A DNA stretch of 64,000 nucleotides, taken from contig NZ_JAPNJY010000032.1 of NCBI RefSeq assembly GCF_026626625.1, positions 10,976 through 74,975 of the forward strand. The letters run 5' to 3'. A program made the position numbers and the translations under genes. This document shows, one piece after another, positions 1-9,508 of the stretch. Within the stretch, counting starts at the first letter, position 1. Each line of letters begins with the position of its first letter. This stretch comes from Corallococcus sp. BB11-1 (lineage in GTDB: Bacteria; Myxococcota; Myxococcia; Myxococcales; Myxococcaceae). Below the pieces are notes generated by a model. It saw only the letters and a list, made by a program, of their open reading frames with translations. It ran no database searches and was not told where the DNA came from.

Positions 1-49
1 AGCCTTCGACAGGCCGGGCGCCTGTCTTCCACAGGCGCCCGGCGGTACG

Positions 50-2431
50 TCAGTTCCCCAATCCCTTCACCTGGACCGGCGTGGATCGACCCGTCTTGGT
101 CCCGTCTCCGAGCTGGCCGTTGCCGTTGGAGCCCCAGGCCCACAAGGTGCCATCCTGCTTCGAGGCGAACATGCCGTAGCCCCCTGAAGTCAGGGGCGTG
201 AGGCCCTGCAATCCCAGCAGCCGCACGGGCGTGAGCCGGTTCGTGGTGGTGCCATCCCCGAGCTGGCCCTGGCTGTTGGAGCCCCAGGCCCACACGGAGC
301 CGTCCTGCGCCAGGGCGAGCGTGTGATTCAGGCCCGTGAAGATGGCGGTCACCCCGGTCAATCCCGGGACCTGACCCGGGATGAGCCGATCCGTGGTGGT
401 CCCGTCCCCGAGCTGCCCGAAATCGTTGCGGCCCCAGGTCCACACGGTGCCGTCTTCCTTCAAGGCGAGCGAGTGCTCGTAGCCGCCGCCGAGGGCCTTG
501 ACCCCAGCCAATCCCGGAACCTGCACCGGCGCGAAGCGCAGGGTCGTCGTCCCATCCCCGAGTTGACCATGCGCATTGCGGCCCCAGGTCCACACGGTGC
601 CGTCCTGTTTCAGGGCGAGTGAGTGGAACTGGCCCGCCGCGAGAGCCGCGCCCCCCGTCAGGCCCTGGACCCGCACCGGGAATAGGCTGTTCGTCCTCGG
701 CCCCTCGCCAAGCTGGCCGTACTCATTATGGCCCCAGGACCACACGGTGCCGTCCTGCTTCAAGGCCAGCGAGTGGAGCCCCCCCGCGACGATGGCCGTC
801 ACTCCCGTCAGGGCATTCAAGTGAATCGGCGTGAGCGCGTTCGTGCCATGCCCGCTCGTCCCGTTCCCCATCTGCCTCGCGTAGTTTCCGCCCCAGCCCC
901 ACACGGTGCCGTCCTGCTTCAGGGCGAGCGCGTGATCTTCGCCAATGGCAAGGCCCACCACCCCCGACAGGCCATGCACCGGCCCTGGCGTGAGGCGTTC
1001 GGTGGTCGTCCCATCACCAACCTGGCCGTAGTAGTTGCGGCCCCAGGACAACACGGTGCCGTCCTCCCTCAGGGCCACGGTGCAGAACGAGCCCGCGGCG
1101 ATCCGCGCGAGGTGCCCCGCAGCGCAGGCCGTGCCGCCCTGCAGGCTCAAGGAGGCACGGGTGGACAGGCCCAACGCGTTGGTGACGTGCACGGTCACCA
1201 CGGGCGGAGCACCGGAGGGCAGGCACAGAGGCGCCGTCCAGAGGACCTCGCTCGTCACCGCTCCACGGTTGGCCGTCCCCAACGCCCCCACGTTGGACTC
1301 CCACGCGAAGGAGAGCGCGCTGCCCTGTGGGTCACGCGCCCTCACCCGGAAGGTGACGGCGTCGCCCGGCGCGGGCACGCTGGCGATGGACTGGAACGTC
1401 TCCACGACCTCCGGCGGGAAGCGCGCCGTGGCCGCCGTGCCCACGCAGATGCCCAGCGCTCCTGTCGTCTGCCCTCCCCTGCCATCGGTCACCACCACCG
1501 ACAGCCGGCACCGGGCGCACGGGTTGCCCGAGGGAGGCTGAGCGCTTGGCGTGAAGCTCGCGTCGGCTGACGCGGCGTCGGTCCAGGTTCCCTGGCAATC
1601 CGCCGACCACTGGTAGCCCAGACCGTCCCCGTCGGCGTCGCTCGCCAGGGCCGTCACCTCGGTGGTCTGCCCTACCGCCACGGTGGAAGGCATGGCCGTC
1701 ATCACCGCCACCCGAGGCCACGTATTCATCACCACATTGACGGCCGCGCTCCCCGTTCCATGCGTCACCGTGATGGAGACGCTGATGACGACCGAGGCCC
1801 CCTTCGTGTCCGTGACCGTCAACGTCAGCACCACCACGCCGGGCGAGGAGGGAGCCACCCACGTCGTGTCGGGACTGCCGGGAGCACCGAAGAGGCCCGC
1901 GTCCGCGGTCCAGGCGTAGGTGAGGCCATCCCCCGCGTCCGCATCCTCCGCGCTCGCCAGGAGCGCCACCTCTCCCCCCGGTCCCACCGTCGAAGGACTG
2001 GCCACCAGCGAGGTGATGACGGGCGCCGCGTTGTCGAAGGGCGCGGGCGCGTTCACCTCCTGGAGCACCAGCGCGACCGCGGTCGTCTGTCCCGCGTGGA
2101 TGCTGACGCTCGTCGCATCCCCCACGTAGCGCAGCGTGCCTTGCGCGTCGAAGGCCTCTCCGTGGAAGGTCCGGCCCGTGCCCTCGGGAAGCTTGCCCAG
2201 CACCCCACCCCACCGCCCGCCTGTCTTGACCAGCGCGTCGGTGCGGGAGGTCATCCCCTCCCCGCTCACCGTCAGGTCGACTCGCACCACGTCGCTGGCA
2301 CTCAACCCCTGCGGCAACATCACCACCGCCTGCACGGCGCCAGCGGCGCTCTCGTCGGCGCGACACCCGACCAGCGCGACCACCAGGCCGATGGCCAGGC
2401 AGAACAACCTGCTGCTTCTCTTCTGATGCAT
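50..2431 (-). CDS. RCC1-repeat (beta-propeller) lipoprotein with PKD/Ig-like domains
   Basis: Lipoprotein signal MHQKRSSRLFCLAIGLVVALVGC. C-terminal half has about 8 tandem RCC1 repeats (GQLGDGTTT..RLTPV). Start chosen at the ATG at 2431 rather than the alternative-start ORF head at 2512. Confidence 0.7.
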   Translation of the reverse strand: MHQKRSSRLFCLAIGLVVALVGCRADESAAGAVQAVVMLPQGLSASDVVRVDLTVSGEGMTSRTDALVKTGGRWGGVLGKLPEGTGRTFHGEAFDAQGTLRYVGDATSVSIHAGQTTAVALVLQEVNAPAPFDNAAPVITSLVASPSTVGPGGEVALLASAEDADAGDGLTYAWTADAGLFGAPGSPDTTWVAPSSPGVVVLTLTVTDTKGASVVISVSITVTHGTGSAAVNVVMNTWPRVAVMTAMPSTVAVGQTTEVTALASDADGDGLGYQWSADCQGTWTDAASADASFTPSAQPPSGNPCARCRLSVVVTDGRGGQTTGALGICVGTAATARFPPEVVETFQSIASVPAPGDAVTFRVRARDPQGSALSFAWESNVGALGTANRGAVTSEVLWTAPLCLPSGAPPVVTVHVTNALGLSTRASLSLQGGTACAAGHLARIAAGSFCTVALREDGTVLSWGRNYYGQVGDGTTTERLTPGPVHGLSGVVGLAIGEDHALALKQDGTVWGWGGNYARQMGNGTSGHGTNALTPIHLNALTGVTAIVAGGLHSLALKQDGTVWSWGHNEYGQLGEGPRTNSLFPVRVQGLTGGAALAAGQFHSLALKQDGTVWTWGRNAHGQLGDGTTTLRFAPVQVPGLAGVKALGGGYEHSLALKEDGTVWTWGRNDFGQLGDGTTTDRLIPGQVPGLTGVTAIFTGLNHTLALAQDGSVWAWGSNSQGQLGDGTTTNRLTPVRLLGLQGLTPLTSGGYGMFASKQDGTLWAWGSNGNGQLGDGTKTGRSTPVQVKGLGN

Positions 2432-2658
2432 GGATTCTCCACCAGCGGGAAGCCGTCGCCCGGTCCGGCGGCCTCTCTGGGGCACGCGTGCTGAATCCAG
2501 ACACGACAGCAAGGGTGCGCCACTTTACGGGAATGGCGCCTGCGTCCGCGCCTGAGTCGGACGGACACCATGGAGGTCGGCATGGACCGTGCCACCGTAG
2601 GACTCCCAAACATGACCGCGGAGCCCGTGCGCATCCACGTCGACCGTGGAACGAGGGC

Positions 2659-3132
2659 TCATGCCCCGGCCGGCTTGAATCGACCCGAAAGCCGGAGGCC
2701 ATCGCGCACCATGAGGCCCAGAAGAAAGAGGTTCATCGCGCCCGCGGCGAACTCAATCCCCTGGAGCGTCATGAACAGAGCGCCGAACGAACCGGCGCTC
2801 GCGAGCCGGTGGAGTCCGAGCGCGCAGGGAACCAGAACGAGCAGGCCATTCGCGGCGATGAACTTCATCCGCCGCCGCTTCCCATCCACCAGCTCCCCGC
2901 CGCGTGCCGTGCCCATCACATTGCCTGTCCCTCCTGCGATGGCCATCGCAGGGACCAGCACGCCAAGTCCGTACGCGATGATCCGTTTCACGGACAGGAC
3001 GGCGCCATGGCTTCCCATCCCCTCCACGAGCAAGGTGGAGGTGAGGAAGGTGGCCACTGTCATGAACGCGATCACACCTGTGACAGCATGGATCCTCCGC
3101 GTGAGACTACCTGCCCTTGTCGGGGTCATCAT
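2659..3132 (-). CDS. hypothetical integral membrane protein (about 4 TM helices)
   Basis: Hydrophobic segments throughout. Lies 13 bp downstream of the SDR gene on the same strand. No recognisable family. Confidence 0.4.
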   Translation of the reverse strand: MMTPTRAGSLTRRIHAVTGVIAFMTVATFLTSTLLVEGMGSHGAVLSVKRIIAYGLGVLVPAMAIAGGTGNVMGTARGGELVDGKRRRMKFIAANGLLVLVPCALGLHRLASAGSFGALFMTLQGIEFAAGAMNLFLLGLMVRDGLRLSGRFKPAGA

Positions 3133-3145
3133 GGGTTCACGCCGC

Positions 3146-3880
3146 CTATCCCTCCGCACGCACGGTGCCGAGCACCGGTTTGCACCCGATCACCAGGGAT
3201 TCGACGAACGCCGCCGGGGACAATGCCAGGATGAACTCGACGGCCCGCCCGACATCCCCGGGAGCGATCATCTGGTCCTGCCGCAGGCCTGAACCCGCGG
3301 ACATGCCGGTGTCGACCACGTCCGGACAGAGCGCGGTGACCTTGATGCCCCGGGGCTGGAGTTCGCGCGCCAGGGACCGGGTGTAGCCGACCAGGGCGTG
3401 CTTGCTGGTCGCATAGCCTCCGACGGCGGCGAAGGGCTCCACGCCGGTGATCGAAGCGATGTTGAAGACGTGCGCGGAACCCGCCGCCTCCAGTGAATCC
3501 ATGCAGGCCGCGCAGACGTTGTGGATCGCCTTCACGTTGATCGTCAGGAGCGCATCGAGGTCCTCCAGGCTCATCGCGCTGGTGCCGAACCGGAAGATGC
3601 CCGCCGAGTTCACCAGTACTTCCAGGCGCCCCCAGGGCCGGAGCGCGGCCTGGATGGCGACGCGAGCTTCGGAGAAGTCTTGAACGTCGACCACGACACA
3701 GCTCGCCTGGACGCCAAACTCCCGGCGGAGCTCCGCCGCGTTCTCCTCAAGCTTCTCCGCGTCCCGGGCGACAAGGATGAGATGGAAACCAAGCCGCGCA
3801 AGACTCCGGCTGATTTCACGGCCAATGCCACGGCTGGCCCCGGTCACGAGCGCGACCCGGAACGCATGCGCTTCTGTCAT
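3146..3880 (-). CDS. short-chain dehydrogenase/reductase (SDR)
   Basis: TGASRGIGREI Rossmann motif; catalytic YATSK (YxxxK); ATGA overlap with the upstream ABM gene (3877-3880). Confidence 0.85.
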   Translation of the reverse strand: MTEAHAFRVALVTGASRGIGREISRSLARLGFHLILVARDAEKLEENAAELRREFGVQASCVVVDVQDFSEARVAIQAALRPWGRLEVLVNSAGIFRFGTSAMSLEDLDALLTINVKAIHNVCAACMDSLEAAGSAHVFNIASITGVEPFAAVGGYATSKHALVGYTRSLARELQPRGIKVTALCPDVVDTGMSAGSGLRQDQMIAPGDVGRAVEFILALSPAAFVESLVIGCKPVLGTVRAEG

Positions 3881-4479
3881 TCGAACCTCAAGCCGTGCAC
3901 CTGCACGCACAGCGATGGATGAAGCCGGTAGTTCATGGAGCGTTCGCGGTGCCGGTCGTACGCCTTGTCTCCCAGGGACTTCTTGAAGTCCTCCGCACCG
4001 CGCCACTGCGCCACGTTGAAAAGGTTGTATTTGTTCGACGGCGATGTCGCCCGGAACAACCGAGCGTTGAGGAAGCCGTCGCTCGCCGCCATGTGGTCCC
4101 TGGCCCGACCCCACATGTCGAGCACCCCGGGAATCTCCTGCTCGGAGATCTCGAAGGGGTTGATCAGCCAGGCATGACCCGGAAGCGTTGGCGTCAACTC
4201 CGACAGCGCGACCTCCAGGTGGCACACCGTGCGCTCAACCCCACCCACCGCCACGATGCGCGCAGACGCGGAGCCTGGCACCGCTTCAATGGTGGCGGCG
4301 CTGTCGAAGCCATGAACCGACAGCAGGGCATAGGTCACGTCGCGAATCGGCTCCGTGACCCTGAACAATTCGGCCGTGCGCAGCGCACCATCCACCGCGA
4401 GCCTGCGCACCTCGTCCCGCCAGCGGGCGGCATAGTCTGACGCCGCATCGGCGTCGACGACGTCAATCACGTACTTCAT
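3877..4479 (-). CDS. tandem ABM-domain (antibiotic biosynthesis monooxygenase-like) protein, paralog 4
   Basis: Two ferredoxin-like ABM halves; second half INPFEI..GFLNARLF..YNLFNVAQWRGAEDF; RBS GGAGG upstream; ATGA overlap at both ends. Confidence 0.7.
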   Translation of the reverse strand: MKYVIDVVDADAASDYAARWRDEVRRLAVDGALRTAELFRVTEPIRDVTYALLSVHGFDSAATIEAVPGSASARIVAVGGVERTVCHLEVALSELTPTLPGHAWLINPFEISEQEIPGVLDMWGRARDHMAASDGFLNARLFRATSPSNKYNLFNVAQWRGAEDFKKSLGDKAYDRHRERSMNYRLHPSLCVQVHGLRFE

Positions 4480-5126
4480 CTCGTGGCCGCCTCCAGCGCA
4501 CGGACCGGCGCCGGGGTGCGCAAGAGGATGCGGCGGGTCAGAAACAGGGAGAAGTCGGTCTTGAACGCGTCGACAATCTCCATGAAACGGTCGGTGTGAA
4601 CCGCGTGGAAGAGGGCTTCGGCGCTCTCCCACTCCGCGATGTTGATGAACTGGATGGAGTCCGCGAGGTGGGTGTTCTGGAACAGACTCGCGTTGAGGTA
4701 GCCGGGCTGCTGGGCCATGTGGCGCGCCGCCTCGGCCCACATGGCGGCGTAGGCCGCCATCCGCTCCTCCGGCAGGTAGATGATGTCCAGCAGGACCATG
4801 CGATCAGAGGACGGGGCGAAGCGGTACTCGGCACCATCGACGAGGTTCATCTTGAACCCCGTGAACCGGGTCCCCGCCGCATTCAGCCGGGAGACGAGGT
4901 CGGGCTGGCTCCGGACCGCCGCGCGGGCACGCTCCCAGTCCTCCGCCGAGTCCCACGCGCACAGGCTCGCGAGCTTCCAGTCCGTGCGAGGCATGAGCGT
5001 CTGGAAGGTCTCTACGAGTTGACCGCCCCGGAAGCCGGGCTGCGTGGACAGGAAGGCACAGACGGCCTCCCAGGAGCTGGTGGCGAGGGCGCGGTCCGAC
5101 GTTTCGAGAAGATCGATGACCATCAT
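4476..5126 (-). CDS. tandem ABM-domain protein, paralog 3
   Basis: ABM motifs (PGYLNASLFQ..IQFINIAEWESAEALF); start ATG shares one nt with the upstream stop (TGATG). Confidence 0.7.
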   Translation of the reverse strand: MMVIDLLETSDRALATSSWEAVCAFLSTQPGFRGGQLVETFQTLMPRTDWKLASLCAWDSAEDWERARAAVRSQPDLVSRLNAAGTRFTGFKMNLVDGAEYRFAPSSDRMVLLDIIYLPEERMAAYAAMWAEAARHMAQQPGYLNASLFQNTHLADSIQFINIAEWESAEALFHAVHTDRFMEIVDAFKTDFSLFLTRRILLRTPAPVRALEAATR

Positions 5127-5737
5127 CAGGGTGTGTCCTTCTTCGTGATCTCTTCGATCACGTTCGAAAAGCAGATCTGGAAGGTCCCCGAAAAGGGGGA
5201 GACGATCTGCTGGTAGTCCCTGCCTTCGAACTGCGTCATGAAGGCCGCCTCCGTCTCCCACTCCGCGCGACTCACGAAATAGAAGGTGTCTTCACCGGGG
5301 TGGAAGGTCTGGAAGAGCTCCGCGCCAATGAAGCCTTCGCGCCGCGCCATGAGCCTCCGGGTCGCGTTCCACATCCGCGCGTTATCGGCCGCCTGGGGAC
5401 GCCGGATGCGGTAGGGATTGAGGATCACCAGATTCGAATCCCGGGCGGGTTGCGAGATGAAATCGCTCTGATCGACACACCCGTAGAGGTTGATGCCGCG
5501 TACGCCCTCGACAGGGAGCGTTGCGCCGGTCGCCTCGGCGGAATGGTAGGCGGCGAGATCGTTCCACCGGGCAATGCTGACCAGATCGTACCCGGTGGCG
5601 TTCATGCGCCTGTAGACACGGTGGATGCGCGTGCTCAAGAACCCTGGTTGGGCTGCCAGCTCCCGGGAGGCCCTCACCCAGGCGCGCTCCAGGGAAGTGA
5701 CTTCCGCGGATTCGGCGATATCAATCCGTGCAATCAT
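5126..5737 (-). CDS. tandem ABM-domain protein, paralog 2
   Basis: N-terminus MIARIDIAES resembles the neighbouring paralogs; second half INPY..GFIGAELF..YFVSRAEWETEAAF. Confidence 0.7.
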   Translation of the reverse strand: MIARIDIAESAEVTSLERAWVRASRELAAQPGFLSTRIHRVYRRMNATGYDLVSIARWNDLAAYHSAEATGATLPVEGVRGINLYGCVDQSDFISQPARDSNLVILNPYRIRRPQAADNARMWNATRRLMARREGFIGAELFQTFHPGEDTFYFVSRAEWETEAAFMTQFEGRDYQQIVSPFSGTFQICFSNVIEEITKKDTP

Positions 5738-6344
5738 GCGACCTCGCGTCGTGCGTGCAGCCCTGGAGACGGGCGACCAGGATCTGACTTCTCGGCTGGA
5801 AGCCGCCGGTGATGAGTTGTTGGAAGGCGGTGCTCGCGAACGCGGCCTGGAACGCGGGGGCGTCCTGCCAACGTGCGACGTTCACGAAAGCGCAGCCACT
5901 GTCAGAGGCCATGGATTCAAACAGGTGCGCGCGGATGAACCCCCGCTGCATCTCCATGAACCGCGCGGCCCGGATGAACTGCGCCAGGAAACGCTCGCGC
6001 TCCCCAGCAGCCAGCGCGCACATGGTGATGAGCAGGATGCCGCCCGGGAGCACCGGACCCCGCTTTCGGCGACGCGCGCGAAAGACAGTCCGCGTGTCGA
6101 GGACGAGGCCGGTGCCTGACAGGGGGGCATTGACACTTCGATGTCCGGGGCGCCGCTCGGGGATCGTCGAAACTTCCATCCGCGTGTAACCGGCCTGCCC
6201 GTAGCCGGCGCGGTCCAGTTCATCCTGCGCGATGGCGACGGAAAAGCGGACGCGCCCCCTTCCGAAGCGCTGGAAGAGTACGCCCGCTGTGTCGTCGCAA
6301 GTCTCCTGCGGAGACTGCGCGGAGAAATCGAACCGGATGATCAT
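5721..6344 (-). CDS. tandem ABM-domain protein, paralog 1
   Basis: N-terminus MIIRFDFSAQ; C-terminal half RGFIRAHLFES..AFVNVARWQDAPAFQAAF; overlaps the next gene by 17 bp. Confidence 0.65.
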   Translation of the reverse strand: MIIRFDFSAQSPQETCDDTAGVLFQRFGRGRVRFSVAIAQDELDRAGYGQAGYTRMEVSTIPERRPGHRSVNAPLSGTGLVLDTRTVFRARRRKRGPVLPGGILLITMCALAAGERERFLAQFIRAARFMEMQRGFIRAHLFESMASDSGCAFVNVARWQDAPAFQAAFASTAFQQLITGGFQPRSQILVARLQGCTHDARSHDCTD

Positions 6345-6528
6345 GACGACGTCTCAATAGCCATTCATCCCCAAGCGACACCATGAGCTCTTTGTTGAAT
6401 TGACACAGAGGCCGGACTGTGACCGAGCCCCCACGAATGGATTCTCAAACGGAGGGACAGTGGACTAGAACGCCCTCAAGGATGAACAGGGGGCCGACGG
6501 GCTTGCCTTGACTCCATGGCCCTGCCGT

Positions 6529-8742
6529 ATGCGCGTTCTCGCCTTCCTCCTCGTCTGGCTCCTGGCCTTCCCCCTCTGGGCCGCTGAACGAGAAAAGCGC
6601 TTGCTCGTCTTCGTCCCGGAGAGCACCACGGTGCCGGCCATCGCTGACTTCACCCAGAGCCTCCGGCGGACGGTGCTGGCCGAGCAACACGGCGGGGTCA
6701 CCGTCGACGTCGAGTCCCTGGACATGGCTTGGTTCGGCGGAGCCGAGTACGAGCGCGCGCTGCGCGACTTCTACCTCGTCAAATACCGCCAGCAGCGGCC
6801 TGATGCCCTGGTCTCCTTCGTGGACGCGACGCCCTTCGCGGCATACCTCCAACAACAACTGTGGCCTGACATGCCCCTGCTCTGCGTCTTCAATGACGAC
6901 TTCCTTATCGCGACGGTGACCCAGGGCCCCTACCTCCGGGCGAACTGGGCGGACCTCGACGTGACTGGCACCGTCCAGCTGGCGCTGCGGCTGTTGCCGG
7001 ACACGCGCCACGTGGCGCTCATCGTCGGATCCAGCCAGCGAGAGCTGGCCGCCTGGTCCTTCCTGTCGCGGGAGGTCCGCGCCGCGGCGCCGGGACGCGA
7101 CTTCATCAACCTGACCAACCTGACGCTGGAGCAGTTGCGACAGCGTGTCCGCACCCTTCCCGAGGACACCGTCGTCATCATCGTGGGCTACATGCAGGAC
7201 GCTGCGGGCCGGAGCCTCATCACCCGGGACGTCACTCACTTGCTGCACACCGAAGGGAGCCCGCCCCTCTTCAGCGTCCACAAGACCATGCTGGGCAGCG
7301 GCATCGTTGGCGGAATGCTCCTGGACTACGAACTGCTGGGGCAGAAGGTCGCGCGACGCGCCCTGCGACTGCTCGAAGGGGAGCGAGCCTCGGACCTGCC
7401 TCCAGGCGATCTCAAGGCCAACGTGGCCGCCTTCGACGAGCGGGAGTTGAAGCGCTGGAGCATTCCCGAAAGCAGACTTCCTGCCGGCAGCAGGGTGATG
7501 TTCCACGAACCCGGGCTCTGGGAGCGCTACCGCTGGCAGATGACTTCCATCCTGGCAGCGGGCCTGATGAAGGGGGCACTCATCATCGTGCTACTGCTGG
7601 AGCGCAGACGACGGTGGAAGGCCCAGAGACTGAACTTGGCCGTGCTGGACTCGCTTCCAGGTGCCGTCGCCATCCTCGACCCGAGCGGGGTGGTGCTCCG
7701 GAGCAATCCCCTTCCTGGTCCCGGCAGGGAGCCCGGCGGCCTCCCCGCGCACAAGCTGCTGGCCGCGGGTGGGTCCTATGTGGCCGCACTCCGGGAAGCG
7801 GCGCGCGAGGGCCCCCCGGAGATGAAGGGTGCGGTGTCACTGCTCCAGGAGGTGCTCTCGAAGCGCTCCTGGGAAGGCGTCGCGGAGTCCCGGGGGCTCG
7901 CCCCCGGCACATGGTTCGAGCTGCGCGCCCACCAGTTGGAGCTGCCTGAAGGCGGCGCCTTCGTGTCACTGGTGGACGTCACGCCCCGCAGACGCGCGGA
8001 GTTGGAGGCCCGGCAGGCCAGGGACGAACGGGCGCACCTGGAGCGGGTGGCCGCCGTGGGAGAGCTGGGGGTTTCCATCGCCCATGAATTGAACCAGCCG
8101 CTGGCCGCCATCCTCACCAACGCGGAGACAGCTCAGCGGCTCCTGCGGCGCACGCCCACGGACCTCTCACTGCTGGCGGAAGTCCTCCAGGACATCGTCG
8201 CCGACGACAAGCGCGCTGGAGGCATCATCCGTCACATGCGCGCGCTGCTGAAGAAGGGCGAGGCGCGACACGCCAACCACGATCTCAACGAACTGGTGCG
8301 CGAGGTGCTTCGACTGGTGGCCTCCGATGCCCTGGTGCGCGGAGCCGAATTGTTCCTCCATCTCGCCGAGGCCCACCTGCCCGTCCATGGCGACAGCGTG
8401 CAGTTGCAGCAGGTGGTGCTCAACCTGACCCTCAACGCACTGGACGCGGTCAGCCACCAACCCGCCGGCCTGCGTCAAGTTTGGGTCCACACGCGAAGAT
8501 TGGAGGGACACGTGGAGTTGGTAGTAGAGGACACGGGCGTGGGCATGACGGATGAAACGCTCCAGCGCCTGTTCGAACCCTTCTTCACCACCAAACGCGA
8601 GGGACTGGGCATGGGCCTGTCCATCAGCCTCTCCATCCTCGAAGTCCACCAGGGCAGACTCCAGGCCGAGCGCCGCGAGGGAGGGGGCAGCCTCCTGCGC
8701 TGCCTCCTGCCGGTGAGTCCCTCCCAGGAAGGCGATTCATGA
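6529..8742 (+). CDS. sensor histidine kinase with periplasmic ABC-type solute-binding-like domain
   Basis: Signal peptide MRVLAFLLVWLLAFPLWAAE; periplasmic PBP-like domain; TM helix; H-box HELNQPLAAI; HATPase G-boxes (DTGVGM, GLGMGLSIS). ORF-track start at 6508 is a TTG; ATG at 6529 preferred. Confidence 0.8.
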   Translation: MRVLAFLLVWLLAFPLWAAEREKRLLVFVPESTTVPAIADFTQSLRRTVLAEQHGGVTVDVESLDMAWFGGAEYERALRDFYLVKYRQQRPDALVSFVDATPFAAYLQQQLWPDMPLLCVFNDDFLIATVTQGPYLRANWADLDVTGTVQLALRLLPDTRHVALIVGSSQRELAAWSFLSREVRAAAPGRDFINLTNLTLEQLRQRVRTLPEDTVVIIVGYMQDAAGRSLITRDVTHLLHTEGSPPLFSVHKTMLGSGIVGGMLLDYELLGQKVARRALRLLEGERASDLPPGDLKANVAAFDERELKRWSIPESRLPAGSRVMFHEPGLWERYRWQMTSILAAGLMKGALIIVLLLERRRRWKAQRLNLAVLDSLPGAVAILDPSGVVLRSNPLPGPGREPGGLPAHKLLAAGGSYVAALREAAREGPPEMKGAVSLLQEVLSKRSWEGVAESRGLAPGTWFELRAHQLELPEGGAFVSLVDVTPRRRAELEARQARDERAHLERVAAVGELGVSIAHELNQPLAAILTNAETAQRLLRRTPTDLSLLAEVLQDIVADDKRAGGIIRHMRALLKKGEARHANHDLNELVREVLRLVASDALVRGAELFLHLAEAHLPVHGDSVQLQQVVLNLTLNALDAVSHQPAGLRQVWVHTRRLEGHVELVVEDTGVGMTDETLQRLFEPFFTTKREGLGMGLSISLSILEVHQGRLQAERREGGGSLLRCLLPVSPSQEGDS

Positions 8743-9356
8743 AGACGGATTCCCCCACGGTTTTCGTCGTGGACGATGACCCTTCGGTCCTGCGCAGCCT
8801 GGAGCGCATGTTCCAGACGGAAGGCTACAAGGTCCAGGGGTTCGCCCACCCCCGGCAGATGCTGGAGCGCGAGCCCTGGCCGGGTCCGGGCTGCGTGGTC
8901 ATGGACCTGCGCATGCCGGAGTTCAACGGACTGGAGCTCCAGGAGCGGCTGGGACAGGCGGGTTGGACCCACCCCATCGTCTTCATCAGCGGGCACGGCG
9001 ACGTCACCACCGCCGTGCGAGCCATGAAGGCCGGGGCGCTGGACTTCCTGCCCAAACCCTTCAGCTCGGAGGACCTGCTGGCAGCCGTGACCCAGGCGCT
9101 CGCGAAGGATCAAGCGGCCCGGGCCCACGAGGCGGACCATGCGCTGTTGCAGGCCCGCTTCGCCACGCTGTCCCCTCGTGAGTGGGAGGTTTGCCGAGGG
9201 GTGGCGCGAGGACTGCTCAGCAAGCAGATCGCGGCGGAGTTGGGCACCGCCGAGCAGACCGTACGTCTTCAGCGGGGCCGGGTGATGGCCAAGCTGTCCG
9301 TGGGCTCCGTGGCGGAATTGGTCCGACTGCTGGAGCGGCTGGATTCAAAGCCCTGA
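8739..9356 (+). CDS. FixJ/NarL-family response regulator (REC + LuxR HTH)
   Basis: VFVVDDD..D(54)LRMP receiver domain; C-terminal LuxR HTH (LSPREWEVC..IAAELGTAEQTV); ATGA overlap with the kinase. Confidence 0.85.
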   Translation: MKTDSPTVFVVDDDPSVLRSLERMFQTEGYKVQGFAHPRQMLEREPWPGPGCVVMDLRMPEFNGLELQERLGQAGWTHPIVFISGHGDVTTAVRAMKAGALDFLPKPFSSEDLLAAVTQALAKDQAARAHEADHALLQARFATLSPREWEVCRGVARGLLSKQIAAELGTAEQTVRLQRGRVMAKLSVGSVAELVRLLERLDSKP

Positions 9357-9508
9357 AACAGGCGCACCACACATCTCACTGGATGTGTCAATTCAACAAA
9401 GAGCTGAATAGGCCCTCCCCGGATTCATGGCTATAGGGAATGGACAACGCGCCAACGCGGCCGGATGCCGCTTGGTTGCCCTTGTCCAGGCCCACCGGGG
9501 AGACCTCC

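Noticed and set aside
1332-2702. 456-aa Gly/Arg-rich minus-strand ORF overlapping the RCC1 gene in another frame, plus similar shadow ORFs at 728..1570 and 1760..2494
   Set aside because: Low-complexity R/G/A-rich translation typical of alternative frames of high-GC coding DNA. The RCC1 repeats in the 50..2431 frame give a coherent domain structure.
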